A stretch of 63,869 nt of DNA, counting the filler, from Octopus bimaculoides (lineage: Eukaryota), in assembly GCF_001194135.2 (NCBI RefSeq). It is 6 parts of 6 records of this genome, joined end to end, with 100 filler letters (N's around TTAATTAATTAA, not from the genome) between each part and the next. Parts side by side here need not be neighbours in the genome. Positions count along the whole stretch, not along the records: positions 29,226 to 42,373 come from NC_068999.1; positions 42,474 to 52,854 come from NW_026295425.1; 4 more parts are not named here. The stretch is one strand, 5' to 3'. Position numbers and translations under genes: made by a program. Positions 39,079 to 50,264 of this stretch are shown piece after piece; position 1 is the stretch's first letter, and every line of letters begins with the position of its first letter. The notes beneath the pieces were generated by a model. It saw only the letters and a list, made by a program, of their open reading frames with translations, made no database searches and was not told the origin of the DNA.

Positions 39079-42000
39079 CTTAGTATAACTTTCTGTGTCT
39101 GTTTTCGGGCTCCTGCGTTGATTATGCTGCCAACGGGTTTGCATGCGTAGCTGGAAATCATTAGTAGCTAGCAAATTAACATCATGCTAAAGATTCGTGC
39201 TCAATTAATATCACATGAAGTTTTGTTAAATTGATTTCGACCAGCTCTGCAATTTTTAACAATAACCGTCAAATTCCAGCAATGTTCCTGCATCGAATAT
39301 TGTATGAAGATTGTGAGACTTGTGAAACTGTTGATCCAAATTAGATTAGTCGTCATGAATAAGATTTTTTATCATCAAAATATTAAGCAACAAAATATTA
39401 CATTCGATAAAAAAAAATTACTTTGTCACGGCTTTTCCAATTGAAATACGATTCACATCAGAATCTGTCAATAAAAATATATATGCGCATACATGCTCGT
39501 ATATATATATATATATACATGATTCTATTTCCTTCAAGCTTTTCCAATTAGATGATATAAATACATAATGTCATCACTTTCTGTTTTTCATCCACACCAA
39601 CTCATGCACAGAAACTCTATCTCTATAGTTCTATAAATCGTTCTGTAAAAATATATTACGCTCACACACACACACTTACATGTATGAATATATATGTATA
39701 TATATGTATATATGTATATATACATATATATATATATGTATATATGTATATATATATATATATATATGTATATATNNNNNNNNNNNNNNNNNNNNNNNNN
39801 NNNNNNNNNNNNNNNNNNNNNNNNNNNNNNNNNNNNNNNNNNNNNNNNNNNNNNNNNNNNNNNNNNNNNNNNNNNNNNNNNNNNNNNNNNNNNNNNNNNN
39901 NNNNNNNNNNNNNNNNNNNNNNNNNNNNNNNNNNNNNNNNNNNNNNNNNNNNNNNNNNNNNNNNNNNNNNNNNNNNNNNNNNNNNNNNNNNNNNNNNNNN
40001 NNNNNNNNNNNNNNNNNNNNNNNNNNNNNNNNNNNNNNNNNNNNNNNNNNNNNNNNNNNNNNNNNNNNNNNNNNNNNNNNNNNNNNNNNNNNNNNNNNNN
40101 NNNNNNNNNNNNNNNNNNNNNNNNNNNNNNNNNNNNNNNNNNNNNNNNNNNNNNNNNNNNNNNNNNNNNNNNNNNNNNNNNNNNNNNNNNNNNNNNNNNN
40201 NNNNNNNNNNNNNNNNTGTGTGTGTGTGTGTGTGTGTATGTATAAATATATGTATGTATTTCTATACATGCATTCATGCTTACATTTTCACATACCCAGA
40301 CAGTCATATATCCAGCCATATACACAAACATACATACATACATACATACATACATACATACATACGCCTACGTATATTCTCGCAGAAATACACACTTGAT
40401 TAATTTTAAGTGAAGAAATACGCTCAAGAAGGAGGTAAAAACAGTATTTCGAAATAGCATTTAGGAATCTATTAGGCTTTGTCAAGATGTTCTACGTGTG
40501 TGTGTTTGTGTTTGCGCGTCTGAACGTGTATACACACACATACATACACTTAAATATACATCCTTAAGTATACATATACATATACATATGTAAGCGTGCG
40601 CAGACACACATCTGTGCATACGCTTATAGAACTGCTATAGAAATGTCAATAATAGATAGTTACTCTCACAAGGTATCGCAGTAAGAATGTCAATTAGGTT
40701 TCTCTTACGCTAAAAACCTTATGCTAATTACAAAAAGTTGTATTGCATAGATGGTATACATGGGTTTACACACACACACACACACACACATACACTGAGC
40801 TCACACACCTTGTGTCTCTCCTTTTTCTATGTCTATAACGTGTGTGTGTGTACAGAAATGACTGTAACGAAAGTAGCATTAATTTTTTAGGTCATTCAAT
40901 TTTTCTCAACCGATCACTGGGGCCATTATTGAATAAACTTATCTATTACGAACCTATAATGACTACTGGAAACAGCTGTAAGTCTAATTTACTACTATAA
41001 AAGAAAATATGTTATAACCATCATTTTATTGGTCCCAACTTCCAAAAGAATGCATAGTCGAATAGATTCAGTTAGGGTTTGAACTCAGAATGTAAAAACA
41101 AGATAAGTGTAAAATCATTCCTTAGAAGATACAAAATCTGAATGAATCTTAACAGCGACATGGCGTCTTTTGTACTGCTTGAGAAATGGCGTATTTGTGA
41201 AGCATATATGAATGCTATTGCATGTTCATAGAACTGTTGTGTATATCTGTGTACGTACACTTTTCTATGGTGAAATGTGTTTGCGACTGAGTTTATGTAT
41301 ATGTATATGTTTGTGTATATTATGTGGTGTGTGCGTATGCATGTATGTTTGTGCTTGTATGTGATTTTCTCTTGTGTATCAATGAGATTTTGGCTCGTGT
41401 ATAAATGAGATTTAGGCTTACGTACACATGTAGAGTGCTCGAATCTTCAAGAACATGTGTATTGAAGTTGCGCGCGCGTACACACATACAGACAGGCAGG
41501 CACACAGACACTCATGTACACACATATACCTAACGTACTGACATGACTGCATATACATATACACACACATATACATATACATCTGTCTTTCTTTTTCTCT
41601 TTCCCAGTATGTGTACATACATATATATATAGGCAGACAGACACACACACACACACACATATATATATACATATATATATAATACATACACACACACATG
41701 TATATATCATTTTAGCTTTTAGACACTTGTATATATGCTTACATGTGCAATATTCGTATATGCATTTGTGACTTTCGCATGTGTTTCTGTATATATGCAT
41801 GTATGTATGTATATATGTATGTATATATACATGCATATATGTATGTATGTATGCATGTATGCATGCATGCATGCATGTATGTATGTATATTTGTATATGT
41901 GAACCGAAAGGCGCACGCTGGTTTTCTCCATAACTGTGCATATACACACGTACATTCATCTGTATATATATACGTGTGAGTGCAACACATGCAGATTTAG

Positions 42001-42706
42001 AGCGGGTTAGCAAGGTGCATATCGTGCATTGCTGCATTAAATGTTTCCTGTGCACTTAGCACGTGAACCTTTCTCAAATAATATTTTTTATCTTGTCGAG
42101 CTCAAATCTGAAAGCAGATCAAGTTTAAGCTGCGGATGCACACACACACACACACACACAGATACACACACACACACACACGCCCTGACGCACATACATA
42201 CTCACACACACGTATGCAAACACTTACACTCACACAAACGTACACGATCATGCACTCGTCCGCAAGCACATATGCAATGCATGTGCATTGTATGCATATA
42301 TTATGTCTGTGTATGTCTATATATCTATATATATATATATATATATATACAGACAGACATACACACACCTATANNNNNNNNNNNNNNNNNNNNNNNNNNN
42401 NNNNNNNNNNNNNNNNNTTAATTAATTAANNNNNNNNNNNNNNNNNNNNNNNNNNNNNNNNNNNNNNNNNNNNATATATATATATATATGTATATCATAT
42501 ATATATATATATATGTATATCATGTATATATATATATATGTATATCATGTATATATATATATATATAGTTTTAGGGAAAAGAATCAAGGTTCATGAACTC
42601 ATCGATGAAAATCCACTGGCACATATAGAAAAATTAATAAGTAAAAGCACAACGAATAAATATAATATAATACAAAGTAAATATCATAAGATAATGATAA
42701 TAAAAC

Positions 42707-42811
42707 GACTACACGTGTTTCATAACCAAATTTTCAAGTAGAAAAAATATTTAAATCGATTAAAACTATCGAAAATCAATTCTATTCAAAAATATAGCTA
42801 ATCTTCAGGTC
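42707..42811 (-). ncRNA. type I hammerhead ribozyme with intact core and elongated stem II
   Basis: Minus strand: GAC | CTGAAGA | 80-nt irregular hairpin | GAAA | C-ACGT-G | TA^ | GTC. Stem I is GAC/GTC. Stem III has A15.1:U16.1 and C:G pairs closing ACGT. Stem II has nested helices TAGCT/GGTTA, ATTTTT/GAAAAT, TAGAA/TTCTA, ATTT/AAAT and TCGAT/ATCGA. Confidence 0.7.
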
Positions 42812-43120
42812 AAAATACAATAATAATAATAAAAAAGAATGTATATATCAACCAACAATAAATAACAAATGAATGTATGTAAAATACTTATTATATTAAG
42901 ATAGAAAAATATCAAGATAGAAAAATATTATTAAAAATATCAAAATTATAAACATTCCATAATTAACTTTACGTTTATTATAATATAAACTAACAGGAAT
43001 ATTATATGCAAAAACTAATTTTAACGAATCTTTCGTTTAAAATACAATTTAAACGAAGTTTTAGGTTAAAATAATAAAGATAGAAGTAACACTTATCTAA
43101 AAGATTTTAGACTACAACTT

Positions 43121-43194
43121 TTATTAGAAAGAAGTCTCGTGAAAATATTGCGTAAAGAAAAAGAATAGAATAAATAGATATAAAAAGATGAATG
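43121..43194 (+). repeat. 74-bp direct repeat, copy 1 (partner 43978-44051)
   Basis: 67 of 74 positions identical by manual alignment. Confidence 0.9.
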
Positions 43195-43470
43195 TAAATG
43201 TTATTATGAATGAAAGATTAAACTTTATATAACTTAAATCATAATAAAACGATTAACTACATTGTATAATCAAAGAAATTAAATAAGAAGACTACTTATT
43301 TATCTCATAAAACAAAAAGAAATATTAAACAGTATTAATGGAAAAAAATTCAACCCTAATCTAATCGAAGTCTTGGTCTAGGCTAAGATGATAAACTTAC
43401 TACTATTAATTTAGTGTTAAAAAAGGTATCGACTAAAATTATCATTAAAAATCAATTGAACTAATATAAA

Positions 43471-43860
43471 TATTCTTTTATTTGTTTCAGTCATTTGACT
43501 GCGGCCATGCTGGAGCACCGCCTTTAGTCGAGCAAATCGACCCCGCGACTTATTTTCTTTGTAAGCCTAGTACTTATTCTATCGGTATCTTTTGCCGAAC
43601 CGCTAAGTTACGGGGACATAAACACACCAGCATCGGTTGTCAAGCAATGCTAGGGGGACAAACACAGACACACAAACACACACACATGCATATATATATA
43701 TACATATATACGACGAGCTTCTTTCAGTTTCCGTCTACCAAATCCACTCGGCCCGAGGCTATAGTAGAAGACACTTGCCCAAGGTGCCACGCAGTGGGAC
43801 TGAACCCGGAACCATGTGGTTGGTAAGCAAGCTACTTACGACACAGCCACTCCTGCGCCT
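43471..43860 (-). mobile_element. SINE family B, full length and young-looking
   Basis: Minus strand: aggcgcaggagtggctgtgtcgtaag (A box), ggttcagtccc (B box), ggcaccttgggcaagtgtctt (CORE-like), internal TA/TG tract, tail gctccagcatggccgcagtcaaatgactgaaacaaataaaagaata. Confidence 0.92.
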
Positions 43861-43977
43861 ATACATATTTTTTTGAAACAATGATATAAAGTCATTTAAC
43901 AAAGGTAAAACGACACTTATCGCTACGAAGCTGTAGTTTAAACTAAAATTTAGACGTTAAACTCAGAACTAAAGCGT

Positions 43978-44051
43978 TTATTAGAAAGAGGTCGCGTGAA
44001 GATATTACGTTAAGAAAAAGAATAGAATAAAGAGATATAAAAACATGAATG
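43978..44051 (+). repeat. 74-bp direct repeat, copy 2
   Basis: Partner of 43121-43194; abuts the PLE RT fragment. Confidence 0.9.
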
Positions 44052-44172
44052 AAAGTATTAAATACATTCATGCGAAAAGTAATCACCCACCCTCAATTAA
44101 AAAAATCATTAACAGTTACTATAGGTAAGAGAACATCTTTACTTTCATCTAATTTAGAGATCTATAAGTTGT
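44045..44172 (+). mobile_element. Penelope-like element reverse-transcriptase thumb remnant
   Basis: NESIKYIHAKSNHPPSIKK, a +1 slip in a poly-A run, then SLTVTIGKRTSLLSSNLEIYK. Matches the PLE RT C-terminal pattern YIH..SNHPP.I.K.(L/I)P..I..R.S.LSSN..IF. Confidence 0.75.
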
Positions 44173-45016
44173 ATAGCTCTAAAAGAGGCAAGTTTCTTGT
44201 ATCTACCATTTCTTTTAGAGCTGTACAACTTAAATTTATTTGTATTGTTATTATATAAAAAAAAAATTTCAACATCTTTATATCATACCAATCAATTATC
44301 TATACATCCATATTTTTCCATTTTCTTTCTTTCAATATACATATATATATGCGTGTATGTCTTTGTGTCTGTGTTTGTCCCCTACTGCATAGCTGCAGTC
44401 TAATGATGACTGAAGCAAGTAAAAAATAAAAGATATGTGCACACACACACAAACAGGTGTCTCTGTGATAACTTGAGCGACAACAAATAGCAGCCAAATC
44501 GCTCTTAGAACACACCTTTTCATCAAAGAAACACACAGATTTACAGCATTTCAGCAAGAAAAAAATAACTATGTAACATCAGAGCCAACTCTGGACTAAA
44601 CAAAACACAGACAAATATACTTAGCATTTAACGATTAGCTAGTGAATAGTATCAATAAAGTTGACGGTATATCTTCGAAGTTTCATTCCCTGGTAAAACT
44701 TCATGTATTTTAAGTGTGTTCGGGCAGAGTGGTCTCCCTTAGGTAAAGACCTAAAATTGCACGAACCCGACCTCGTTTTCGAGGTTATTTTTGTAGTAAA
44801 AAAGAATTGTTGTGCAAAAACCATACTTTATTTGGTAACCGAAAGATTACTGAATCTTTTGATACTCTATACGTCAAAATTGGCAACTCAGTTTTTGAAT
44901 CCATAAGGAACATAAGCACGCGTAACACACAAACTCTGTTTAATTATGTGAGATATACAAACGTCCACACTTTCGTTTGAGTTTTCTTTTTCTCTGTGTC
45001 TTTTGAATTGACTATA

Positions 45017-45047
<31 letters not shown>

Positions 45048-45300
45048 GCAAATGAGTAGAAGTCGAACCGGTGTGTGTGTGTGTGTTAATTAATAAAGCA
45101 TTAAAACAGAATGACTCTCCCCAGACAAATAATGTATGTATGTATGTATGTATGTATGCATAATTGGTGTCAAGGACCTATAATCCTTTAAAGGGAAGCT
45201 AGCATCCTAGTTCACCGGTTTATACCAGTGTTCAGAGAAAACTAAAAATATATATTTACATTGATATACAGGTATTTAAAATATTTGTGAATGAGATACA

Positions 45301-45511
45301 CGAGCTGAAAAGTTACTGGCTTTAAGGATGTCGCCAAAGGCCTGGTTGGAGACCCAACCTTCCGAGTTCTTTTACAAGGCATAGAAAGACTGAAGGACTG
45401 CTGCAATAAGTGTGTGAATCTGAGAGGGGAATATGTTGGATAAAATCATAATTAACTGATCCTCCTGTATTTTCTTTTACCCAAAGTCGGGAATTTTTCA
45501 CCATCCCCTCG
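45301..45511 (+). mobile_element. mariner-derived MITE (211 bp)
   Basis: Ends cgag-ctgaaaagttactggcttt and aaagtcgggaatttttcaccatcccctcg are imperfect inverted repeats. The interior translates QGIERLKDCCNKCVNLRGEYVG*, the mariner C-terminal GI..L..RW.KC....G.YVE* pattern. Confidence 0.8.
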
Positions 45512-46151
45512 AACGTGTGTGTGTGTACACACATACATGCATAGATGCGTATACTCGAATGAATATCTATCTCGTTTAAAAGTCGACCGTAGTTTATCAC
45601 CAGCAATTTAACATTTGCTGGAAGAGGAATTAATTTTAAATAAAATGTTACAGTGAGAAAATAACATTTCTTTTTTTTATTTTCTACGTTTGGATGTACA
45701 GTTCATACAAACACTATGCTACGTATATTTCAAGTTCATTATCGAAGCATCATTACGATTACTGAAGTATAATTAACGCGATACAAAAGATATCACGACA
45801 TCGTTTTATACAAAGGTTAACCCGTACAATTCACACTATTTACCATATCTCTGAATGGATAGTATTTACCAATGCACAATGCTTCGTCATCTTACAGTTC
45901 GTTGATGGATAATTATAGTAAACCTGTGTTGTTGAATAAGCGACGGAAGGCAATACCGCTCAATACAATGACGTCACAGTTACCAGTGTTACTGTTGACT
46001 GTTTCTATCAGCAATAACGGTCGAAAATACTATGAAAAAAGTCAAGTCAAGTCATTGTCTGTCACAATCTCACTTTGTAGAACAGTTGATGTTAGTTCCT
46101 ATAACAACACATGCGATTTTTTTTTTTCTTTTTGTATTTAAAAAAAAAATA

Positions 46152-46298
46152 TGTTACTGAAAACTAGCCCCGGTATAGCGATTACAGATTACCTCCGATT
46201 CAGATTACCCCCCGGAAACTTGAAATCGCTTTCAGATAACTGCCGGGGGTAGTTTGAAAACGATTTCAAGTTATTCCCTACGATTTCAGATTACCTCC
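46152..46298. repeat. putative 5' terminus of the integrase element: TGT start plus mixed-orientation array of CGATTTCAGATTACCYCC-like motifs
   Basis: Starts tgttactgaaaactagccccgg. About 7 motif copies: direct at 46179, 46196, 46227, 46261 and 46281; inverted at 46214-46228 and 46245-46262. Confidence 0.65.
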
Positions 46299-46529
46299 AC
46301 TTAAAATCCTTCCCTAAATGTTCGTCACTGTGACAGCAAATAGGGAGATAATGGGTGAACCCATTAACTGTATGTGTTGACATTTATTATGTGTGCATGT
46401 ATGCGTAACGTACTTTTGTAAATTAAAGAGAATGTAATGTAAATCAAAGAGAAAGTCTTGGCTTTCATTTAGATGGAGTTTTCACTTAGTTACTTAAAGC
46501 TAAAGAAATTTGAAAGAACCATATCCAGA

Positions 46530-48355
46530 ATGGCTACTTTTAGTACACAGGACAAAGCTGATATCATTGATTTGATATTTGATTATGTTGTTAACAACAA
46601 ATATGGACCTCATATGTCCAAAAACGAAAAGGCAAACCTACGTAGGCTCCCTAAGCATTATGTTGCACGGAGTGGTCAACTCTACTATCGTCACAGAATA
46701 GAGAGAGAGTAAGAAATTCTAAAAATGAATACCGAGAAGTCTTGGTCATTCGCAATACGGATGAATAGAAGAGTATTATTTCAAGTATTCACATGGGCTG
46801 TGGAGATAGTGATACTGCCCGCTACTTGGGAAGTCATCTTGATGTCGACAGAACAAGGGCTAAAATTTTGGAGAGGTTTTATTGGAAAAATGTGGGCAAA
46901 GACACGAAAGAGTTCGTTTTGTCTTGCGATCGGTGTCAAAAAGTGAACCCTGTTCACAAAATTGTCAGAGAGCTTCATCCTGTTCTTGTGCCAAATGAAG
47001 TGATTGCTCAGATTGGTGTCAATATCACCAATTTGCCGAAAACAGATGATGGTTATTGTTGCATTGTTGTTGCAATGGATTACTTTTCCAAATGGCCTGA
47101 GGCTCGACCTTTGAAAGTTCACACAGCGGAAAGTATGGGAAAGTTTCTCTTTGAGGATGTTATTTGTCGGCATTGCTGTATAAAAATTCAGATAAATGAC
47201 CCAGGAAGAGAATTCGCAGAGTGTCTGCAGAACTACATAAACTGTCAGGAACAGCGGCACATTTGCTTGAGTGCTTATCACCCTCAAGCAAATGGCCTCG
47301 TGGAGCGACAGAATTGCACCATAAAAGATGCTTTTATCAAATCCCTTGAGGACCGTGGAAACTGGGTTGAATGCTTACCAGCAGTTCTGTTTGCGTATCG
47401 AACAACCAAACATTCTTTAACACATTTTACCCCGTTTCAAATTTTATACAACAGGCAAGCTACACTTCCAGTCAGGGCCGGATTAAAACCCACCGAGGCC
47501 CTAAGCACTTAAAAGATTTTGGTGCCCCCATAAAAGATTATGTAATTCAAAATATAAACAATAACAAACCATACAATAATTTCTTATTTTTCAAAACGAA
47601 ACAAAACAGTAAGAGGGAAAATAATGTTCATTTTTGTATACTTCTACTTTATTTATATTTGAAAAGTTTCCTCCTACTGTTTTGAATTGCACAGTCTTTG
47701 ATCAGATCCTCAAAACTAATCTTAGGTAACACATCTTCATCTACACTTAGTAGAGATAAAGGAATCCCGAATATCATTTCAGCAAGTTTAAAGTTATATT
47801 TCTTTTGTGCCGTAAACCATTTACCATTTCTGTGGTCCCCCCCTTCCCTTGATGCCCTAAACACGTGCTTATTTTGCTTAATGGTTAATCCTGAGCTGCT
47901 TCCAGTTGAATTACAGCACAACTCAACTGTCAAAGATCGGGACAGTTTTGGAAATGATCAATCTATATCCAGAAAAATTGATGTTATAATAGCTATTCGG
48001 GACAGAATGATTTCTCGATTTGCCTCCAATATTAGAATAGCTCAGTCCGTTCAAAAAGAACAATACGATAGAATACACGAGCAACAGCAGTTCAGTATTG
48101 AAAATAGAGTTCTGCTCAAAAACCTAATTCGAGAGGACAGAAAGGGAGGACATTTTACGGAACGCCGCACAGGTCCTTTACACTGTTGCAGAAATTTGTG
48201 GCAAAAATACCTATCGACTTTCAAATAACAATAAAGTACTAAAAAAGAAAGAAAATGCTACCAACCTCACTCGATATAGTGAGCAACCATCAGCAAGTAA
48301 AAAACAAATCTTGAAAATCAAGATACCCAGCTCCAAACTAAAAAAAATAAAATAA
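46530..48355 (+). pseudogene. Gypsy-integrase-related transposase (Ginger1/GIN-like), pseudogenised and split by a hAT MITE
   Basis: N-terminal DYVVNNKYGPHMSKNEKANLRR..KHY...GQLYY (YPYY-like). H2C2 zinc finger IHMG..LGSHL..RFYW..CDRCQK. Core MDYFSKWPEA..INDPGREF..SAYHPQANGLVERQN..LFAYRTTKH..TPFQILYNRQATLP. After the insertion RIAQSVQKEQYD..VLLKN..DRKGG..TGP/YTVAEICGKNTYRL (GPY/F). No RT or RNase H upstream. Lesions: AG slippage 46700-46709, TAG 46766-46768, D-to-N at 47021, +1 at about 48178. Confidence 0.88.
47473..47898 (-). mobile_element. hAT non-autonomous element (426 bp) with 8-bp TSD
   Basis: Perfect TSD CTTCCAGT at 47465-47472 and 47899-47906. TIRs cagggccggattaa and ttaatcctgagctg match 11/14. 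Minus strand encodes LSLLSVDEDVLPKISFEDLIKDCAIQNSRRK, the end of a hAT dimerisation domain. Confidence 0.92.
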
Positions 48356-48764
48356 AACTGCAGTGATGTTTTAACGTATATAAATACCTTTCGTTACCAA
48401 TTTAAAGTATATAAACAAATTTCGGTTTGTAAATAAAATATATATCATTCTTCAAATCAATCTCGTGTTACATTCTGTCAACTCAACTCAGTCCACTATA
48501 AACATCCATCCGCTACATATCTATACAAAAAAAAAAGGATGATCGGGTCATAAGAGTGGTGGTTGTTGGCTGAGGCGGCTAGTAGATCATTGATGTGTAG
48601 AAAGAGGAGAGCGAGGGATAAAACCGAAATCCGGTGAACACCTAATTTAATTGAGAAAGAGCTCCATCTATACATTGTGCGATAGTGCGATCAGAAAGAA
48701 GGCTATCAATTCAAGATGTGGTTTTGGCTTTAGAATTCATCGTCATTTTGTGAGTATATTCATC

Positions 48765-49600
48765 TCAGAAAAAGAAAGAACAAGTTTTTAACAACATTGA
48801 AATTGAAAGTAATTGAAATTATTGAAAAGCCAAATAGTCTGAAGCTCTGTGTGTGTGAGAGAGTGTCCAAGAAAACTGGGAGAGCGCAGAGAAAGATATT
48901 GAACACACTTCACGCAATGACCTTGTAAGAGACCATAACAAGTGCAGGAAGTTTCCGAGTGAGTTTTTAGAAATTAAAATGGAAAAGGTTAACACTAGAG
49001 CCGCCCAAATCCACGTGCAAAAAGTATTAAGCAAATAATGGTGGAATTTTGATTTTAAGGAAAATGCCAGATTATGCATGAGGTTCATGAGACGATATGA
49101 TTTAATACCTGAGAAGAGAACGAAGACAGTACAGAAAAAAGAAAAAAAATTAAAACTGAAGTATGTTTTTAAGAGAAAAATTGTGACAAAGGAGGAATTT
49201 CCGAAAGGAATAGTAGTATAAGTAGAATTTATAACTTGACGAACAATATAATGAAAAGAGTTAACTAGTTTGAGATCAGTAAAAGATACAGTTAGTGAGA
49301 AATGTTGTTGATAATGTTTTATCATGATAGACTTACAAGTCTTTAGCAATCATTAGATGTTAGTATCAATAAACCAGTTAAGAACATGATGAGGGTGAAA
49401 AAGAATAATTGGATGTGTAATGGAAAGAAATTATGGCGGAAGGAAGGCAGTATGCGAGCTCCATCGCTGCCTCTGGTTTGTGAATGGATCGTTAATTCAC
49501 GGAAGGAAATAAATGACATTATTATCTACTCATTCAAGAAATGAAGAATTTTGAATGCATTGAATGATACAGAAGATAAATACCTGTGAGATGATGATGA
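48765..49600 (+). pseudogene. pogo-like (POGK/Tigger-type) DDE transposase remnant
   Basis: Motifs in order: KRTSF/TTLKLKVIEIIEK; LCMRFMRRYDLIPEKRTKTVQK; KLKLKYVFKRKIVTKEEFPKGIVV; LTSL*QSLDVSINKPVKNMMRVKKNNWM (third catalytic D at 49356); MRAPSLPLVCEWIVNSRKEI..SFKK*RILNALNDTED. Many stops, internal deletions, no TIR found. Confidence 0.82.
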
Positions 49601-50264
49601 TGATGCGAGAGTTGTAGATGATGTACAACCGACCTATAATTATGGACATCAATGATGAACGAGATCCATATGATAATTATGAAGATTTATTCACTAGTGA
49701 AGACGATGAACAGTGCGAGTCTATAGAATTTTAATGAACGTTTGTGTTTTAAACGTTTAAGATTTACCACATAGCTGTAATTTAGAACCATATTATATTT
49801 CTCCTTCAATTTCCAATGCATAAATAAAGCTTCCGAGTTCATTTTCATTCACCGTATTTATCATATTCATTTTAATATTTATAACTTTAAACTACATTGA
49901 ATTACCCAATTAGAAATATATATTCAGTAGTGATTTACAGTGCTGTGATGAGCATGACTGGAATGAACGTAGCCGATCAAGTATGACAGCAAGTATAAAT
50001 ATTCATGAATTATCCATGACCATATTTACTGGGGAACATGCGTGTTTTGATGCTTATACTGGATAATTATTAGAAATGTGTGGTTGCGTTATGTTAACAT
50101 GTTGAATAATTAACGAGAAAGAATAATCTGTAATAATGTTTATTAATAACACTAAACATTTCCAATATACATAAGGTACAATTTGTTATATGTATGTCAT
50201 GTGTGAATCAAGAAGTAAGGAATTGTCAAAAAATAAGAGAGGAGATATTTCTTCTTGATTAGTT

